Positions 53,053-54,093 of a DNA stretch of 54,093 nt are shown here, one piece after another (the stretch's first letter is position 1; each line of letters opens with the position of its first letter). Origin of the DNA: a virus (Duplodnaviria > Caudoviricetes); the IMG/VR virus record IMGVR_UViG_3300012931_000024, positions 1 through 54,093 of that record; one strand, given 5' to 3'. The notes under the pieces are model-generated. The model had not been told where the DNA came from, did no database searches, and worked only from the letters and a program-made list of their open reading frames with translations. The position numbers and the translations under genes are program-made.

Positions 53053-54093
53053 ATGGAAAACGGAGATGGCGGCGGTTTCTTAAAACCTTATGCCAGAGCA
53101 GTTTACCCATGCATTTGGGTAAGAACCGTCGAACCAGAAAGATTTATTGAGTCGGCGGTAGAGGAAATGAAAGGCTTCCGAACTTGTGTCACTTGGGACT
53201 ACAATCGTGGATTCCGTCAAGAACCTCATGATGGAATGGAAAGATTTAACTTTTCTGTGGGAGAATTGAAGCCAAGGCTTTTTGTCAAAGCAAATCCAGA
53301 ACAGGTCTTAACTCGGGCCGCATCTGGGCCGGAAAAAGCTGTTTGGTTTTTGATGAATTATCAATGGGATATTGAGGCCCCAACGGTAATTCAAGAGATT
53401 TTGAATCTCCTTCCCCTTCTCAAAACCAATAAGATAATGCTTTGTGTAGTGTCACCGGTATTGAAATTGCCGGTAGAACTGCAAAGAATCTTTACGGTCC
53501 TTGATTTTTCTTTGCCTAGCAAAGGGGATTTAAAAGTAATCCTCGACCGCTGTTCGCAAGGAAATAAAATTGAGGTCAAAAACGAGAAGGAAATTTTGGA
53601 AGCATCTTCTGGCTTGACTTGGGAAGAGGCTGAAAATGCTTATACTCTTTCCATTGTCAAGTGCAAGGATTTTAATGCTCGGTATATTACTGAGCAAAAG
53701 GCGCAAATGATAAAGAAGTCAGCGGCTTTGCGTCTTGCCCATTTCAAAGAGACCTTTGAAGACATTGGAGGTCTTGATAACCTCAAGAATTGGTTGTTAA
53801 ACAGATTTATTAATCGTCAGGCCGATTTGCCTTGGCGGGGAGTGCTGCTTTTAGGCGTTCCTGGCACAGGGAAATCTACTCTGGCAAAAGCATTAGCCAA
53901 TGAAGTCAAACGGGCTTGTGTGGAATTAAGCATGGCAAGCATGTTTGGTTCACTTGTTGGCGAAAGTGAAGAAAGGATGAGAAATTCTTTGGATGTAATT
54001 GATGCCATGGAACCTCTTATCCTATTCGTGGATGAAGTTGAAAAAGGTCTCGCTGGCGTTGGGTCCGCTCATGAAGGAGACTCCGGCACGACC
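53053..54093 (+). CDS. Ycf46-like AAA+ ATPase (runs off the window end)
   Basis: Read manually: RAVYPCIWVRTVEPER N-terminus; IGGLDNLKNWL; Walker A GVPGTGKS; Walker B ILFVDEVEKG; AGGAGG SD. Confidence 0.88.
   Translation, partial: MENGDGGGFLKPYARAVYPCIWVRTVEPERFIESAVEEMKGFRTCVTWDYNRGFRQEPHDGMERFNFSVGELKPRLFVKANPEQVLTRAASGPEKAVWFLMNYQWDIEAPTVIQEILNLLPLLKTNKIMLCVVSPVLKLPVELQRIFTVLDFSLPSKGDLKVILDRCSQGNKIEVKNEKEILEASSGLTWEEAENAYTLSIVKCKDFNARYITEQKAQMIKKSAALRLAHFKETFEDIGGLDNLKNWLLNRFINRQADLPWRGVLLLGVPGTGKSTLAKALANEVKRACVELSMASMFGSLVGESEERMRNSLDVIDAMEPLILFVDEVEKGLAGVGSAHEGDSGTT

Noticed and set aside
1-54093. Genome-wide stop-codon reassignment (TAG or TGA)
   Set aside because: All large conserved genes are intact under code 11; only one small ORF has an internal TAG.
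1-54093. CRISPR array, diversity-generating retroelement, integrase or transposase
   Set aside because: No regularly spaced repeats, no reverse transcriptase or TR/VR pair, and no recombinase motifs were seen by eye.

Overview
This 54-kb window is part of a large tailed dsDNA phage genome with an HK97-type head and a long tail (no sheath gene seen). The host is probably diderm, inferred from a lysis-module lipoprotein. Left to right: (1) 1-5.7 kb, + strand DNA-metabolism genes (SbcC/gp46-like ATPase, N4C/N6A DNA methyltransferase, HU) and a tRNA-like RNA. (2) 5.7-41.5 kb, a - strand late operon. In transcription order it holds TerS, a SPOUT-methyltransferase plus structural-paralogue cassette, TerL, portal, a multi-domain prohead protease, MCP, decoration, neck and tail genes with a -1 frameshifted chaperone, an SLT-bearing tape measure, tail tip, SpeD and lysis genes. 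(3) 41.6-43.9 kb, small + strand genes. (4) About 44.0-45.5 kb, a sharply bounded island almost free of GG/CC dinucleotides, carrying a self-contained three-gene operon. This is a candidate first-injected, defence-evading genome end. (5) 45.5-54 kb, an early region with a ~550-nt structured non-coding RNA candidate, a bL12-CTD protein, hairpin-flanked small genes, a DUF3150-like gene and a truncated Ycf46-like AAA ATPase. All calls come from reading motifs by eye; no database searches were run.
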